A program made the translations under genes and the position numbers. The notes below the pieces were generated by a model, which was not told where the DNA came from, searched no databases, and saw nothing but the letters and a program-made list of their open reading frames with translations. A stretch of DNA of 63,373 nucleotides, the filler included, from Rhizaria sp. SCN 62-66 (Eukaryota), in assembly GCA_001724265.1 (NCBI GenBank). It is 10 parts of 10 records of this genome, joined end to end, with 100 filler letters (N's around TTAATTAATTAA, not from the genome) between each part and the next. Parts side by side here need not be neighbours in the genome. Positions count along the whole stretch, not along the records: positions 32,440 to 39,201 come from MEDY01000651.1; positions 39,302 to 44,570 come from MEDY01000652.1; positions 44,671 to 52,423 come from MEDY01000653.1; 7 more parts are not named here. One strand, 5' to 3'. This document shows, piece by piece, positions 35,210 to 47,366 of the stretch. Within the stretch, counting starts at the first letter, position 1. Each line of letters opens with the position of its first letter.

Positions 35210-37021
35210 TCACGTGACGCGCTCGAAAGGCGCCGGCTCCTCGCTGTCGCCGATATCCGTGATGAAAAACGACGGCGGTCGCGGGCCCTCAGCGCCGCCG
35301 CCGCCGCGCACGGCACCGCCCTCCCATCCGACCTGCGGCAGAGGAGCATCATCATCATCGTCGTCATCGTCGCCGTCCACCGCGGTCGCCGCCGCCGCCG
35401 CCGAGTTGCTGCTGTTGCTGTGCAGCGCAGGGAGCGTGACGGGCGGCGGCGGCGGCGGCATGAGGCTGTCCCCCGCCGACTGCGGTCGTGAGCCGCTATC
35501 CCCGTATCCGACACCGGCGCCGGCGCCGGCGACTGCGGCGGCGAGCGCGTGTGGCGGCATGCGCGCGTTCTCGGCCAGTTTGACGCCCTTGACGCGCGCA
35601 TAGAGCCGGCGGATGACGCCCAGCCGGTCCTCCGGCGACAGGTCCGCTAGCGTCACGCGCGACGACGGCGCCAGCGGCGGCAGCAGCAGTGCTTCGCCAG
35701 ACAGCGCCCCGCCCGCGCCGCCCTGGCCCCCCCCGCTGCCGCCACGGCCGCGCGCGAGGTCGCGCATGCGGTGCTGATGCGCCGCCTTGGCCTGCTCGTA
35801 CTGCAGCCGCTGCCGCTCCGCAACCTCGGCCTTGGCGGCTTCGATGGCGTCAGTGAAGAACGTCTCCATCTCGCCGCGCGCGTCGAGCAGCACCTGCGCG
35901 TGTTTCCGCAGCGCACGCGCCTCGAGCTCCTTCCCAGCAAGTGCGCCGCGGGTCTGCTCCAGCGTGCGTTGCAGCGCCGCCACGTCCGCCGCGTGTTTCG
36001 CGGTTAGCACTGCGCGCTCGCTGTCCGCATCACGCAAAGAGACCGAAAGCGCGGTCTCGAGCGTGCGGACCTTGCCGGCGACGTCCTCGGAGTGTTTCCG
36101 CAGGCGGATGTGCTGCTTGGTAAGCTCCTCAAACCGCGCGACCTGGAGCGAGTTCTCGATCTTGAGCGCGGCCAGCTCGGCGCCAACTTTCTCGCTCGCA
36201 CGGTGCATTTGCTGTGCGACAGAGGACTGCACGCCGAGCTCCCGCGAGAGACGCGCGTTCTCAGTGCGCACGTACCGGCTCTCCAGGTCGAGCTCCTTGC
36301 CGACTTCTTCCTTGTACAGTTGCTTGGACCGCGCCAGCTTGTCCGTGGCCTCCTGCTCCAGCCGATTACGCGCGGTGACGAAACGGCGCTCGAGCTCCTC
36401 GAGCTGTGCACGGTGTTTCGCCTCGCTCTCGCGCATCGTGCGCTTCGTGAGGTCGAGCTCCGAGATCAGCGCCTCGCGGATCTCCTTGAACGCCGAGAGA
36501 TCGGCCAGCTGTACCAGGAGCTCTTTCTCGCGCGCCAGCATCGTCTGCTCTTTGGACAGGAACATGTCCTCCGCGCGGTGCAGCGTCGCCTCCAGATACG
36601 TCTTGGTGGCGGTCTTGTCAACCGATTTAGCGTCGATGAGCTCCTGCACCTGCCGCGACAGCGTCTTGTTGGCCTGCTCCTTGCGCGTAAGCTCGTCCTG
36701 GAGGAACGCCACGCGCTTCTCGGCCTCGGCCTCGGCCGCCTTAGCCGCGGCACGGAGGCGCTCGATCTCGCGCGCGAACTTGTGTGAGCGTGTGGAAACC
36801 TCTTCCAGACGCTGCTTGAGCATCTCGACGTTCTCCAAGCTCGTTGTCGCTGCAATTGTCGCCGCGGCGGCGGCCTGCGCAGCCTCGGCGGCGGCGGCAG
36901 CGGCCTTGTTCTGTAGGATCGAGCTAGAGCTGCTGCCAGCGGAGGCTTTGGCTGACGACGGGGGCGCGCCGGACGCGGTGCCAGGCGCCGGGCCGGCGGA
37001 GGCAGAGACCCGCACGCTCAT
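35210..37021 (-). CDS. BBOF1: Basal body-orientation factor 1 (CCDC176)-like coiled-coil protein
   Basis: Long coiled coil containing AQVLLDARGEMETFF..AI...K.EV and VTLADLSPEDRLGVIRRLYARVKG, which match BBOF1 C-terminal motifs. Ends in TGA. Confidence 0.75.
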   Translation of the reverse strand: MSVRVSASAGPAPGTASGAPPSSAKASAGSSSSSILQNKAAAAAAEAAQAAAAATIAATTSLENVEMLKQRLEEVSTRSHKFAREIERLRAAAKAAEAEAEKRVAFLQDELTRKEQANKTLSRQVQELIDAKSVDKTATKTYLEATLHRAEDMFLSKEQTMLAREKELLVQLADLSAFKEIREALISELDLTKRTMRESEAKHRAQLEELERRFVTARNRLEQEATDKLARSKQLYKEEVGKELDLESRYVRTENARLSRELGVQSSVAQQMHRASEKVGAELAALKIENSLQVARFEELTKQHIRLRKHSEDVAGKVRTLETALSVSLRDADSERAVLTAKHAADVAALQRTLEQTRGALAGKELEARALRKHAQVLLDARGEMETFFTDAIEAAKAEVAERQRLQYEQAKAAHQHRMRDLARGRGGSGGGQGGAGGALSGEALLLPPLAPSSRVTLADLSPEDRLGVIRRLYARVKGVKLAENARMPPHALAAAVAGAGAGVGYGDSGSRPQSAGDSLMPPPPPPVTLPALHSNSSNSAAAAATAVDGDDDDDDDDAPLPQVGWEGGAVRGGGGAEGPRPPSFFITDIGDSEEPAPFERVT

Positions 37022-37528
37022 TCAGCGCCTTGCTCTCGCTTTCGCCACAACGCACGTGACGTGGGTCTGTAGGGGGGCCTGTCTGGAGTCGAAAATAGGG
37101 AGGGTTCGAAGTGGCAAAGTTGCTCTTAACGGCCACACGAACGCCTCGAGCTCTACAGAAATAAGTATACAGATTGAAAAGGTATAAATTGATGAGCATA
37201 TGTGCAAGAAGGTTGAATTTCCTTTTTGTTTCAGATTTTCAGATCTGACGCTGTCCTACCTGGGGATTAGGGTCGAAAGATGATGCTTTGGAGAAACGAC
37301 TGCCATTTTTTTCAGAACCACCTGTCCGAGTCGAGACGTTGAACTTGATCAATGCGTCCACTTTGAGTAGTCATAAATCGATGGGGCATCTGTCAGTGCG
37401 ATTTTAGCACCGCTTGGGCGAGTTTAATCTTGGTTTAATACCTGTTATGTAATTATACTGTTACCATCTTACACCCTCACCTTTCTGCACCTGTTCTCCG
37501 AATCGCTCTTCCCCACGCAAAGACCGAC

Positions 37529-38988
37529 ATGCAGCGGTACAAGGTTGTGCTGCGGTACAACGGCATTTCCTTCTTTGGTTGGCAAAAGACAAGCACCGGG
37601 AGCCCATTGGATTCAGTTCAAGTACGTTTCTGCCTGCCAGGGCTGATCACTCTTGCGAGGTGACAGTCTTCCTCCACCTTCCTCACTTGCCTGCTCGTCC
37701 AAGCTGCTCTTTAATACTCACTTTTCCATCATATACTCTTGCTTTCCACTCGCATACAGGGCACCGTTGAGGCTGCGGCGCAGAAGCTTATGAAAGACTA
37801 CCACGTTAACGTCTACGGCTCCGGCCGCACCGACGCTGGCGTGCACGCGCTGAACCAAGTCTGTCACATCGACATCTTCCGCGGCCACCGCCGTCAGCCG
37901 CCCGACGACGCTACGCTCTCATCCCCCGGTCCTGCCGCGGCAGACGCAGAGACGGCGAAGGCGTCTGCGGCTGTGGCGACCGCGGTGGGGTTCGTTCCGC
38001 AAGTGCACTTGCACTCGCAGTCTCAGTCTCAGTCTCAGTCTCAGTCCCAGTCGCAGTCTGTGGTCGTGGCTGCGGGGCCTGCGGTGCCGCCGCCGGCCAC
38101 CGCCGCGCTCACTGCTTCAGAGACAGCGACTGTGAGTGCCTCGAGCAGCGCTGCGCTTTCGAGCGCGAGTACATCCACTACAACAACGGCGGCTGCGTCA
38201 ACGCCGTGTGCAGGCAGCAACAACAGCATCACTAACCGTGCTAGTATAATTGACCGTGCGCAACGTGACGAGCGCGCTCGCGCACGTATACACAGCAACA
38301 GCGGCGGCGGCAGCTACCAGCTTCCTGGCGCGCGCCCCGCCGTGGCGCTGGTGGAGCGCCAGGGCGAGATCTGGGCGCCTGATAGCACGGGCCGGTGGAT
38401 GGCGTCGGACTGCGAGCCCGACAGTGTGAAGCCGCCGATTGAGGGCGCAAAGCTCGTACTCGCACTTAATAACGCATTCAAAGATGTACGTTGAGATTAG
38501 ACATCGCAAAATCAAACTGTGTTGTAGTGTTATAATCGTAGTCTCATGTTATTATGAGTGTTGGTTGCGCAGATAGCACGATATTATTTATTATTATGAT
38601 TATTATTATTTTATTTTATTTTTGTGTGTGTGTGTGTTTTTAAATCTGTGCGAGCACGACACACAACGTTTTTTTCTTTCACTCACGCTGAGTGTCTTTG
38701 TTTCTTTGTTTGCTACCTGGTACACATAGCTGCTCCATAGCGACACCGCGATTGCCGCCATCGCCGCCGAGCCCGTCGCGCACAGCTTTCACGCGCGCCA
38801 TTCGGCCTACATGCGACGCTACACCTACCGCATCCACCTTGGCGGCACGCCCTGTCCGTTCGAACGCGACCGCGCGTGGTCGCTGCCAGACTCGCCTGCC
38901 GCGCTTGACTGGGCCGCCGCGGCCGACGCCGCGTCCAAGCTCATTGGGCTCCATGACTTCTCCTCGTTCCGCTCAGGATCCTGCCAAG
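37529..38988 (+). CDS. truA: tRNA pseudouridine synthase TruA family (spliced, 3' truncated)
   Basis: Exons 37529-37621, 37760-38485 and 38730-38988 joined by GT-AG introns. Motifs Y.G..F.GWQ, GSGRTDAGVHALNQV, FHAR.SA..R.Y.YRI and G.HDFSSF. Confidence 0.9.
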
Positions 38989-39136
38989 GTTCGTCTTTTA
39001 TGCAAAACGAATAACAAATCCATAATTCAACAGAATTGTCGCTTTTTGACTTTCTTTGCAGATTCTTGACTATCATCACGATTTAAGTGTTTAATTTGCT
39101 ACAACTGTTGTTGTTTTTGTTGTTTTGTGTGTGTGT

Positions 39137-39201
<65 letters not shown>

Positions 39202-39379
39202 NNNNNNNNNNNNNNNNNNNNNNNNNNNNNNNNNNNNNNNNNNNNTTAATTAATTAANNNNNNNNNNNNNNNNNNNNNNNNNNNNNNNNNNNNNNNNNNN
39301 NACGTTTCACGTGGTGAAACGCTGACAATACAGTTGCCAGGCGACAGTAAAGCTTGCGTGCTGGACGTTCCTGACAGGA

Positions 39380-42123
39380 ATGGAGCGTGCATTACTTGAC
39401 GCAGGATACCTGCTCGTCAAGCCGTCTAAATCCGGTTGCAGGACTGTGTATGTTGATGTGTCGAGCCTGGAGATTCTTCCTGGACACATCACATCGCAAG
39501 ATCTGGCGATGCTGGACAAGAAGGCGTTCGAGCCGTTCGCTCCATTTTTCTTGCGGACCTGCCCAGGAAACGTTATGACGGTGACTCCAAAGCTACCAGG
39601 CTTTCACGCATGCTCTTTGTTTAGGCCTGAGTCGCATCGCTCTGGCTACATGCTTAGTCTGCAGATCGTGAAGATCGCGTCGGCGGCGTCGCCGCCTGGC
39701 GCCGCCGGGCCAGACGAGGGACCCGAATGCGCAGGGATCGCTTGGGTGTTCAGTCTATTTGACGCGACTGACGTACGTTTGGAGTCACCTCTGCACATGG
39801 AGACCTCGCTCGACCTGGATGTGCCCTCGAAGCTGATCATGAGCATGCTTGTCCGCCACGGGGCGCTGAGCGATAAGTCGCGGATCTCGGTGCCAGAAGT
39901 GATGGGCATCCATTCGCAACTTGTCCATGACAAACTGTTTAGTGCTTGGCGCCAAGGATTCCCGCTATTTGTTTTTTCTACGCCAGCAACTGTTGGGCGC
40001 GCGCCCCAAGGCCTCCTCACGCCGACCCCCAGCCCGGTTCAAGCAGCGCAGCATTTGGGGTCATACAGGCTTATGGACAGCCCCGCGTCGCCGTCACTAA
40101 AGCGTCGGCTAGAAGTCGATGCTGACAGTGCGCTTGCTCTTTTCCATTGGCCGTTTTGGCTACTAACGCAATGACTGTGCTTTTATAGAAGTGGCCGAAG
40201 CTCGTAGGAGACTGAAATTGGACAAGCTCAACAAGAAGAGGCGTGACGATCGCGCGGCTAAGAAAAACGCGGCGCAAGCTGCCGCACCACAAGAGACGGT
40301 TGTGGCACAGGTGTGCTCCAAGATTTCGTCGCGCAATGTGGTCGTAAGCGTGGACGATTGGGTTCTCGGGGCATTGCGGGCGCCGTGCGAGTGTGGCGCT
40401 CTTCATACCACGGAAGACATTGCGGTGAAGGAGGTCGGGCTCGTGGTGGAACTCTCTTATGCGTGCAAAAGATGTCGTCAAAAGTGGTATTCAAGCTCGC
40501 AGTCCGAGCGCACAGAGACGGATGGCTACGCCCTGAACGCCGCGTTCGCCGGTATCTCCCTTCATACGGGAACCACCTTGCCGAAGGTGCAAGACGCGTT
40601 CGACCTCGTGGGGTTGAACCACTTGCTTTCTCCGAGCGTGTGCTTTGACCTAGAGAAGCGCGCGCTTTCAACTTTGAAAGGTACTTATTGTTTTATTTTC
40701 TTGTGTCTGAAGTCTGACGAAAGAGTGTCGCAGATAGTGCACGAGCGTCGATTCGCGCAGCCCGCGATCTCGCGTTTGCGGAGGTCATTGAGGCGGGCGG
40801 GACAACCCTTCCCGTGGTTTTTGACTCTTCGTGGTCCCACACCCGTTTGGCCAACGAATCGAGCGGGGAGTTCATCTACAGAAGTCCGGACGGGTCGCAA
40901 CATGTAGTGGCGCAAGGGGTCGCTTTAAAGCCAAGGTATAAGCTGCCTCTGTCGTTCTTGTGTGTTCTGATATATGACATGCCGCCAGATGGGTTACCCG
41001 CGGTGAACACCTTGAACTCGTGCGGCCCGGCAACCACGATGGCTCCTCCACCACCATGGAGCACGCCATCGTCAACATGCTGCTCGAAGACATGGAGGGC
41101 GAGTTGGCCGATAGGGGGCTTCAACTTGTTGTGTGCGTCGACGGCGATCTGAACACGAACGGTGCGCGAGTATACGTGAATAATTGTTATATTTACAACT
41201 AGTGTAGATACTTTTTCCCGCCACAGTTGCGTCGCCGAGGTGCATGCCGACGTGGCGCACAAGGTCAAGAACCTTAACAAATTCTTTGATTTACTGCCCC
41301 GCGACGACCCCGCTCGCGAGTTCAAGGACGTCACCCGCGATCTTTACGTCCTCTACCTTTTCTCTGCCATCGACGAGGGCATAAGCGAGGCCGAGCTGCG
41401 AGCGTATCTTGCGGAAGGTATGCTGCTTGACAGCCGAAATATATCAGCCTTTGCAGCGTTCTCATAATGTTTGCGGTAGGCATCGCTCTGCACCTGCAGG
41501 GCAACCACGACGGGTGCTGGCCCACGCTTTGTACGTTCCGCCGCAACGACGAGCTGGTGCTGCCGACGCCCCATCTATGCGGCAAGCCGTCGAGGGTCGT
41601 CCGAGAGGTGTCGGAGGCGATTCGGCGCGCGACCAAGTCGCCGGAAAGCCAGCGGCTCGTAACGAGCCTGCGCACCTCGCACTCGGAAAGCTTCCACCAC
41701 TCGAAGCTGTCGTACGTCAACAAGCGCACGGACTTTTGGCAGACGTACGAGGCTCGGGTGGGGCTCGCCGTTGTGGAGTACAACGACGGCCCGGCAGCGG
41801 TGCGGCGCCTCGTGCGGCGTGCGTTCGGTCTTTCGCCCGTTCTAGCGGAGTCACCCGCTACCCTGCAGCGAGATCAAGGCCGAGAGGCGCAGCGGAGAAG
41901 GAATAGGGAGCAGCGGCGGCTTGAGCAGGAAGGCGTGCGGCAGCGCCGCGACAAGGCGATGGCGGACTATGCGCCAAACGACCTTGTTGCATACGGACCT
42001 GGCGGCACGTACGACCCCGTGGATTCGGAACAGCACATGTGCGCTTGCATGATGTCTGTGGCGACGACGGCGGCAGGGCAATGCTTTGCGTGCTCGCTGA
42101 TGAGTGATGATGGAGTTCTGTGA
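39380..42123 (+). CDS. Kolobok-type (Mutator-like) DDE transposase, six exons
   Basis: Frame-restoring introns at 40128-40188, 40681-40733, 40936-40988, 41162-41207 and 41418-41479. Motifs CxCG..C..C, FDSSW, GSS..ME, DGD, H..KNL, H.QG.H..C and T..SESF..R..LA...YN.G. Confidence 0.8.
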
Positions 42124-42312
42124 ATATTCGAAAATTGCAGGTAGGATAGTACTATTGAAATGCAATACACAGTATATCAAGTAATAAAACTGAAAACAAA
42201 AATAGCGCAAGCACAACATGCAGAAAGAACCACACATAATTGCCTACATGAGACAGGGGAAGGTTGGAGAAAATGGCTTTTAGTCAAGCTTACATGGAGC
42301 AAGAAATGTACC

Positions 42313-44414
42313 TCACGGCTTGTGACAAAAAATTGACACAATTTGATCAAGCGTTGCAGACGGAGCCGGCCAATAGTCCACATGACATGCAATGCGCTTG
42401 CGGCGAATAGGCGCGGCGCCACTAACCACCTCCTCCTCCTCCTCGTCGAGCTCGTCAACGACCATATCAGGAACGACCACCTTCATCTCCACCAGTCCGC
42501 ACACCACCAGCGCGTCTAAGACGAACTCACCGAGCGTCTTGGTGAAACGCAACAATGATGTCCTCAGGTCGTGATCTGCACGGTACGTAGTCATGGACTT
42601 GAGGTTGGCGCTGACATTCTTGGCGCTGGAGCACGAGAAAACTGCAACAAGGTCGTCCTCGACGAGGCCACCACGTTCCAAGACAATGGCAAGCATCAGG
42701 CGAGCCGCCGCGGTGACATCCGTGCTTGACACGCTCTTCCCAGATGTGCAGCAGTCACAGCACTGTGCCCCGTCCACGCACAGGCTCAGCGGCTCCCGCG
42801 ACATGAAAACCTCGCGCATCCCGACCTCAAGCGCCCAGCGGCGGCAAACACACGAGCTCGAAAAAGACATCACCTCGCGGAGCTTGACGTGCGCGGGCGC
42901 TGTACGTCGGACGACCTCGTTTTGGAGCGTTTGCGCGTCGAGCAGGTCCTCTCCCATTTTGCGACGCTCCGTCTGGGCTTGCTCGCAGGCGCTTTGGCTG
43001 AAAATACTGGCCCAAATACGAACGTCCGAGGGAGCCGTGAAGAGGTGCACGGCGCCAGGCTTGCCATCGCGCCCGGCGCGGCCGCTCTGCTGCTTGAGTG
43101 CTGTGAGCGACGAGGGTGCTTGGAGGTGGATGACAAAGCGGCACTCGAGCATGTTGATTCCCATTCCGAAGGCGCTTGTCCCGACAACAACGTGCAATTC
43201 GCGCGCCACCCAAGCCTCAAGTACGCGACTACGCTCTTGGTGGGACATTCGACCGTGGTATGAGGCAGCACGAATGCCGCCTTTTGTGAGGACCGCCGCG
43301 ACGCGCTCGGCCGCGGATGGCGACACAACGTAGACGATCCCCGACTGCTCGCGGTACGTGCTCGAAATAAGCTCCACAAGCTCGGAAGCGCTTTTGGTCA
43401 TGTAGGCTGCACGTCTGGGATCGGCGCGGTACGCCAATTCGGGGCGATCCGTGTCGCCACGAATGACCAGTGGAGCCGACATGTCGAGCTGCCGTGCAAT
43501 GTCGATTGCCCTAACAAAAGAATGTCAGAAACAGACAAAAATACATAAAACTCAGCGTACTCTTCACGGGTGGCTGTGGCGGTGAGGGCTAATACCGGCG
43601 CGTCCGGGAACTCCTTCTAGGCGGGGCGAAAGTCGCCCCATTCCCGCACGCAGTGTGCCTCGTCTACTACAAAGCGCAAACGCCGCCCCGCGGCAGCCAG
43701 CTTTTTAAAGACAAGAATAACTTGGGGGTTATGAACTAGCTTTTCGGCAGAGACAAGGACGACCTTGACCGCCTCGGGGGCCAACCAAAGGCGCCTCATT
43801 GCTGCGTCAACCTCCGAGTGCGTCATCTGGCCGTGGAGCGCAATCGTCCTGATGTGGCGAGACTCCAGGTTGCGCAAAAGGTCGTCAATGAGGGCGATAA
43901 GCGGCAAGACCACGACGGTTAGGGTGCCTACTGTCATGGCTGGGATCGCAAAGAGAACTGATTTCCCGCCGCCGGTGCGAACGTCCTTCTTTCGAACGCC
44001 GCTCTCGATCAGCACCTCCGCTTGAAGACCGCGAAAATCGTCATGCTGAAAGCAAAAACGAAATTCGGCACGGTAACAGGCCAACCGGCGGGCCTCATCA
44101 GCAGAAAGGCCATCCACTCCGCCGACAGTACCTGCAAAGCCAGGCCCCTGGACGATGTTAATCTCCTCTTGACGACGCGCCAGGATCTGCGGATAACTCC
44201 ACGCGGATACGGGTACAGAAAGTCTTACAGCACCTACGTCAGCCAGACGCGCTATGCGCCCAAGGCTGCGCGCTCGCGCAATAGAATCGCTCGAGCGGCC
44301 ACCCCGCGGCCGGGCAACAACATCGAGTGGTGCAACTTTGCGGGGCCGTCCACGAGGCCGTGAATCGGATGATGGCACATCGCGGGCGCTCTGAACGGGC
44401 GGCATCGCGGTCAA
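42313..44414 (-). CDS. RecQ-family helicase (transposon cargo) with short deletions in conserved motifs
   Basis: TGGGKS, VVDEAHC..EWG.DFRP, ALTATA, YHG.M, T.AFGMGIN, Q.SGRAGRDG and a CRR..CCD.C zinc site. Intron 43511-43560. In-frame TAG at 43617 sits at an apparent deletion junction. Confidence 0.85.
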
Positions 44415-45347
44415 ACAAGGCTCTCGGGCACCAAAATGCCGTTAGAAGGGCAAACGCAAAGTGATCTCTCAGATCCCTTTCCCAATTTTTTAAAATTTTC
44501 ATTCTGATATCGACCTGATATCGACCACGGCTCATATGATTGATTGTATTGGGGTGGAGTCCACCCTTAANNNNNNNNNNNNNNNNNNNNNNNNNNNNNN
44601 NNNNNNNNNNNNNNTTAATTAATTAANNNNNNNNNNNNNNNNNNNNNNNNNNNNNNNNNNNNNNNNNNNNTTTTTTTTCCCACAGCATTGTCACAATAGA
44701 AAAATCTGTCAATTTGAGAGCAATCGGGATGAGACCAAATGTGGCAAAAAGCCCTGGAAAAGGCCAATCTGGCAAGCCCAAAAAAGGTAAAATTCCACCA
44801 CAATTAGGCCCGAAATGGACGATCACGTGACGCATGGTCGTGGTGCGCTGCGGTAATTTTGTGCAGCGTGGTGCTGGACGGCATCGAGATGGAGGCTTAC
44901 GCGCTTTTCACCATAAGAAAGAATGGAGCCAACCATAATGCATAGGGGTATTTTTAGAGAGCGGGAATCGTTTTTTGAGACTGTAGTCGACCAGATCGTC
45001 GAAAATGCCTCATCTCGAGTCGCCATTTTGTGCACGCTGTCCACGGCGCCCCGATGCTTCTGGGTGGAACTAGATACGTGCAACAGGTAGGTTTTTGACC
45101 CAAATAATGCATAGGCCTACTGGCGCGCGTTAAAAACGTCATGCGAAAAACTTTTCAGAAGGTCATCTGCGCGGATGGGGTGCGCGGTCGCTCTTTCCCG
45201 ACGATCTGGCAATCCTCTCCAAAACGTCTCAAGATCGAATGTGCAAAATCGAAATTCAAATTGCGCGCCAATCAAACGTTTGTGATTGGCTGATTAAGTG
45301 TCCATGCGTGCGATCTCCCGCCACTGCCGCCGGCGGCGCCAGGTGTC

Positions 45348-47366
45348 ATGACGAAGCTTGGCATGCCGCGCAAGCGGTCGCGCAAGAAGAAAAAAGACGA
45401 ATCTGCCAAGCGACTTCGCAAGGATGATGACCAGAGCGGTGACTCTGAGGAAGAAAGCGACAGTCCTGAAAAAGAATGGTTTCCTGCCACAGTTTCCCGC
45501 TTTGCCACCGACGCCATGAGCCGGTTCCATTCGGACGATCGCGCGATCATTGCGTTGAACACTATGTCTGAACTGTGCCAGCATAAGGGAGAGACTTTAT
45601 CGATGAGTCTGATATCTGAGATTACCTCGAACATTGTTCAGACCGGCGCAAGTACCGTTCGAAGTTGGGTTTTGCGTGCGAAAGAAAACAACGGCGTGTT
45701 CCCGGTTAGTCGTCGCGGTAAGCACAAGAAGCGCTCATGCGCTCTAGATGACGAAAATGTTGCTACCGCTCTGCGCTCGTTTGTGCATCAGAAGGCGTTG
45801 CGGCTTGGTCAGTCCAACATGCGCATTCCCATGCTGAAACAGTTCACGGACACTCTTCTCCCGCTGCTCGGCCACAAGCCGGTGTCGGAGCGCACTCTGT
45901 GCCGCTACCTGCATAAGCTTGGGTTCTCTATGCAGCGTACCGGAAAGGGTATCTTTATTGATGGACATGACCGCGCTGACGTCATTCAGCAACGACTGGA
46001 GTTTCTAGAGATAATGGAGAACGAGATTGAGCCACGCTGCAACCTCTATGTGCGTGTGAACGACGAGTGGCACCATGTGGACACGATAAGCGACGCAGCC
46101 GAGCGCTCTGCATTGCCTTTGGGTGGCCATTGGAAAATAGATCAAGGACGTATTATAGTATATTCACAAGACGAGTCTACCTTTGGCCATGACGAACAAG
46201 AGATCTGGTTCTGGGCAGACCACACCTTGGTCGACAGCTCGCGCGCCTCCAAATTCTCCAAGAAAAAGCGCAGCAGCTATTACAAGCTCATGATATCAGC
46301 ATTTGTGTGCGAGCAAAGTGGGATTCTGCGCATACCGGACGATGTTTGGAACGCTCTGCCGCTGGATAAACGCCCAAAAAAGCAGTCGTCCACTGAGATG
46401 CTTCTTGTGGGGAAAAACTACGACGGGTATTTCACAGGTGAGAAGTTCGTAGAGCAGTTAAAAAACGCAATTGACATCCACAACGTGATGTACCCCGGCT
46501 GCCAAGCCGTTTTTCTGCTCGATTGGTCGGGATGCCACCGAAAGGCCCCAGATAACGCGCTTTCAGCGTACAAGATGAACAGGAGTGCAGGCGGCAAGCA
46601 GCCCGACCAGGGTACCACCATGTGGAATGGTAGGCCGCAGGTTTTGGGCAAGCGCGGGCTCGTACAGGTGCTCGAGGAGCGAGGCGTGTCGACGGCCAAC
46701 AAGAGCCTAGATGAGTTGCGTCAGATTCTGAGTTCGCATCCCGACTTTGCGCCGCGCCCGCCCATGGCAGAGGAGGTTGTGACCGCCGCGGGCCACCGCG
46801 TGGTGTGGCTCCCCAAGTTCCACTGCGAGCTCAACCCTATCGAAATGGTGTGGAATTATTCCAAAAAGGTGTACCGGAAGATGTGCGTCGGCAACCTTCC
46901 CGGCCTGCGGCGCAGCGTCCCCATTGCACTCGAGGCTGTCAGTCTCGCCACCATTAGGCGCTACTTCCGTATGACGCGCGAGTATGCCAAGGCGTACCGG
47001 CAGATGCGCGACAGCCACCCGGATGGCAAAGTGCCTCTGCGCGACCTCACCGCAAAGCGCGCCGCCTACACCTCGCACAGGCGCGTCTTCAAGACGACGC
47101 TGGCGGAGATGCTCGGCACGAGTGGCGCAGAGGAGCTTGTGGAGGAGGTGGATGGCGCAGATGGAGGAGAGGAAGAGTGGGAGGATGCTGACGACTCGGC
47201 GCAACCCGGCACCCAGACCATGAGTCCTGAGGAGCTCAAAGAGGCGGTCGAGCGTGCGCTCGCTGCCATCAAGGAGTTGGACTCGGACGAAAGTGATGGT
47301 GAGCCAGACGTGGTGGACGAGAGCGATGACGACTATAGCGATGATGGTGATGATGAGGAGGATTGA
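45348..47366 (+). CDS. IS630-Tc1-mariner-family transposase with a long D-E spacer (about DD106E)
   Basis: HTH-like region S.RT..RYLH.LGF, plus DGH.R.DV, SQDES.F, LLDWSGCH and WLPKFHCELNPIEMVW. Intact 672-aa ORF with an acidic tail. Confidence 0.88.
   Translation: MTKLGMPRKRSRKKKKDESAKRLRKDDDQSGDSEEESDSPEKEWFPATVSRFATDAMSRFHSDDRAIIALNTMSELCQHKGETLSMSLISEITSNIVQTGASTVRSWVLRAKENNGVFPVSRRGKHKKRSCALDDENVATALRSFVHQKALRLGQSNMRIPMLKQFTDTLLPLLGHKPVSERTLCRYLHKLGFSMQRTGKGIFIDGHDRADVIQQRLEFLEIMENEIEPRCNLYVRVNDEWHHVDTISDAAERSALPLGGHWKIDQGRIIVYSQDESTFGHDEQEIWFWADHTLVDSSRASKFSKKKRSSYYKLMISAFVCEQSGILRIPDDVWNALPLDKRPKKQSSTEMLLVGKNYDGYFTGEKFVEQLKNAIDIHNVMYPGCQAVFLLDWSGCHRKAPDNALSAYKMNRSAGGKQPDQGTTMWNGRPQVLGKRGLVQVLEERGVSTANKSLDELRQILSSHPDFAPRPPMAEEVVTAAGHRVVWLPKFHCELNPIEMVWNYSKKVYRKMCVGNLPGLRRSVPIALEAVSLATIRRYFRMTREYAKAYRQMRDSHPDGKVPLRDLTAKRAAYTSHRRVFKTTLAEMLGTSGAEELVEEVDGADGGEEEWEDADDSAQPGTQTMSPEELKEAVERALAAIKELDSDESDGEPDVVDESDDDYSDDGDDEED

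Larger units (their letters stand above)
39302..44570. mobile_element. KolobokH-like DNA transposon (transposase with convergent RecQ), right terminus at the contig end
   Basis: The contig ends gggtggagtccaccc-TTAA, i.e. TTAA|GG on the minus strand, as expected for Kolobok TSD and termini. Confidence 0.65.

Noticed and set aside
35787..37187. 466-aa plus-strand ORF and other long antisense ORFs (e.g. 29242-30099, 54961-55782)
   Set aside because: Shadow ORFs of GC-rich genes on the opposite strand, with no motifs.
43617..43619. In-frame TAG in RecQ as evidence for recoding
   Set aside because: It lies where the Y..L..L segment is missing, so it is probably a deletion junction (TA from Tyr plus G). 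Not counted.
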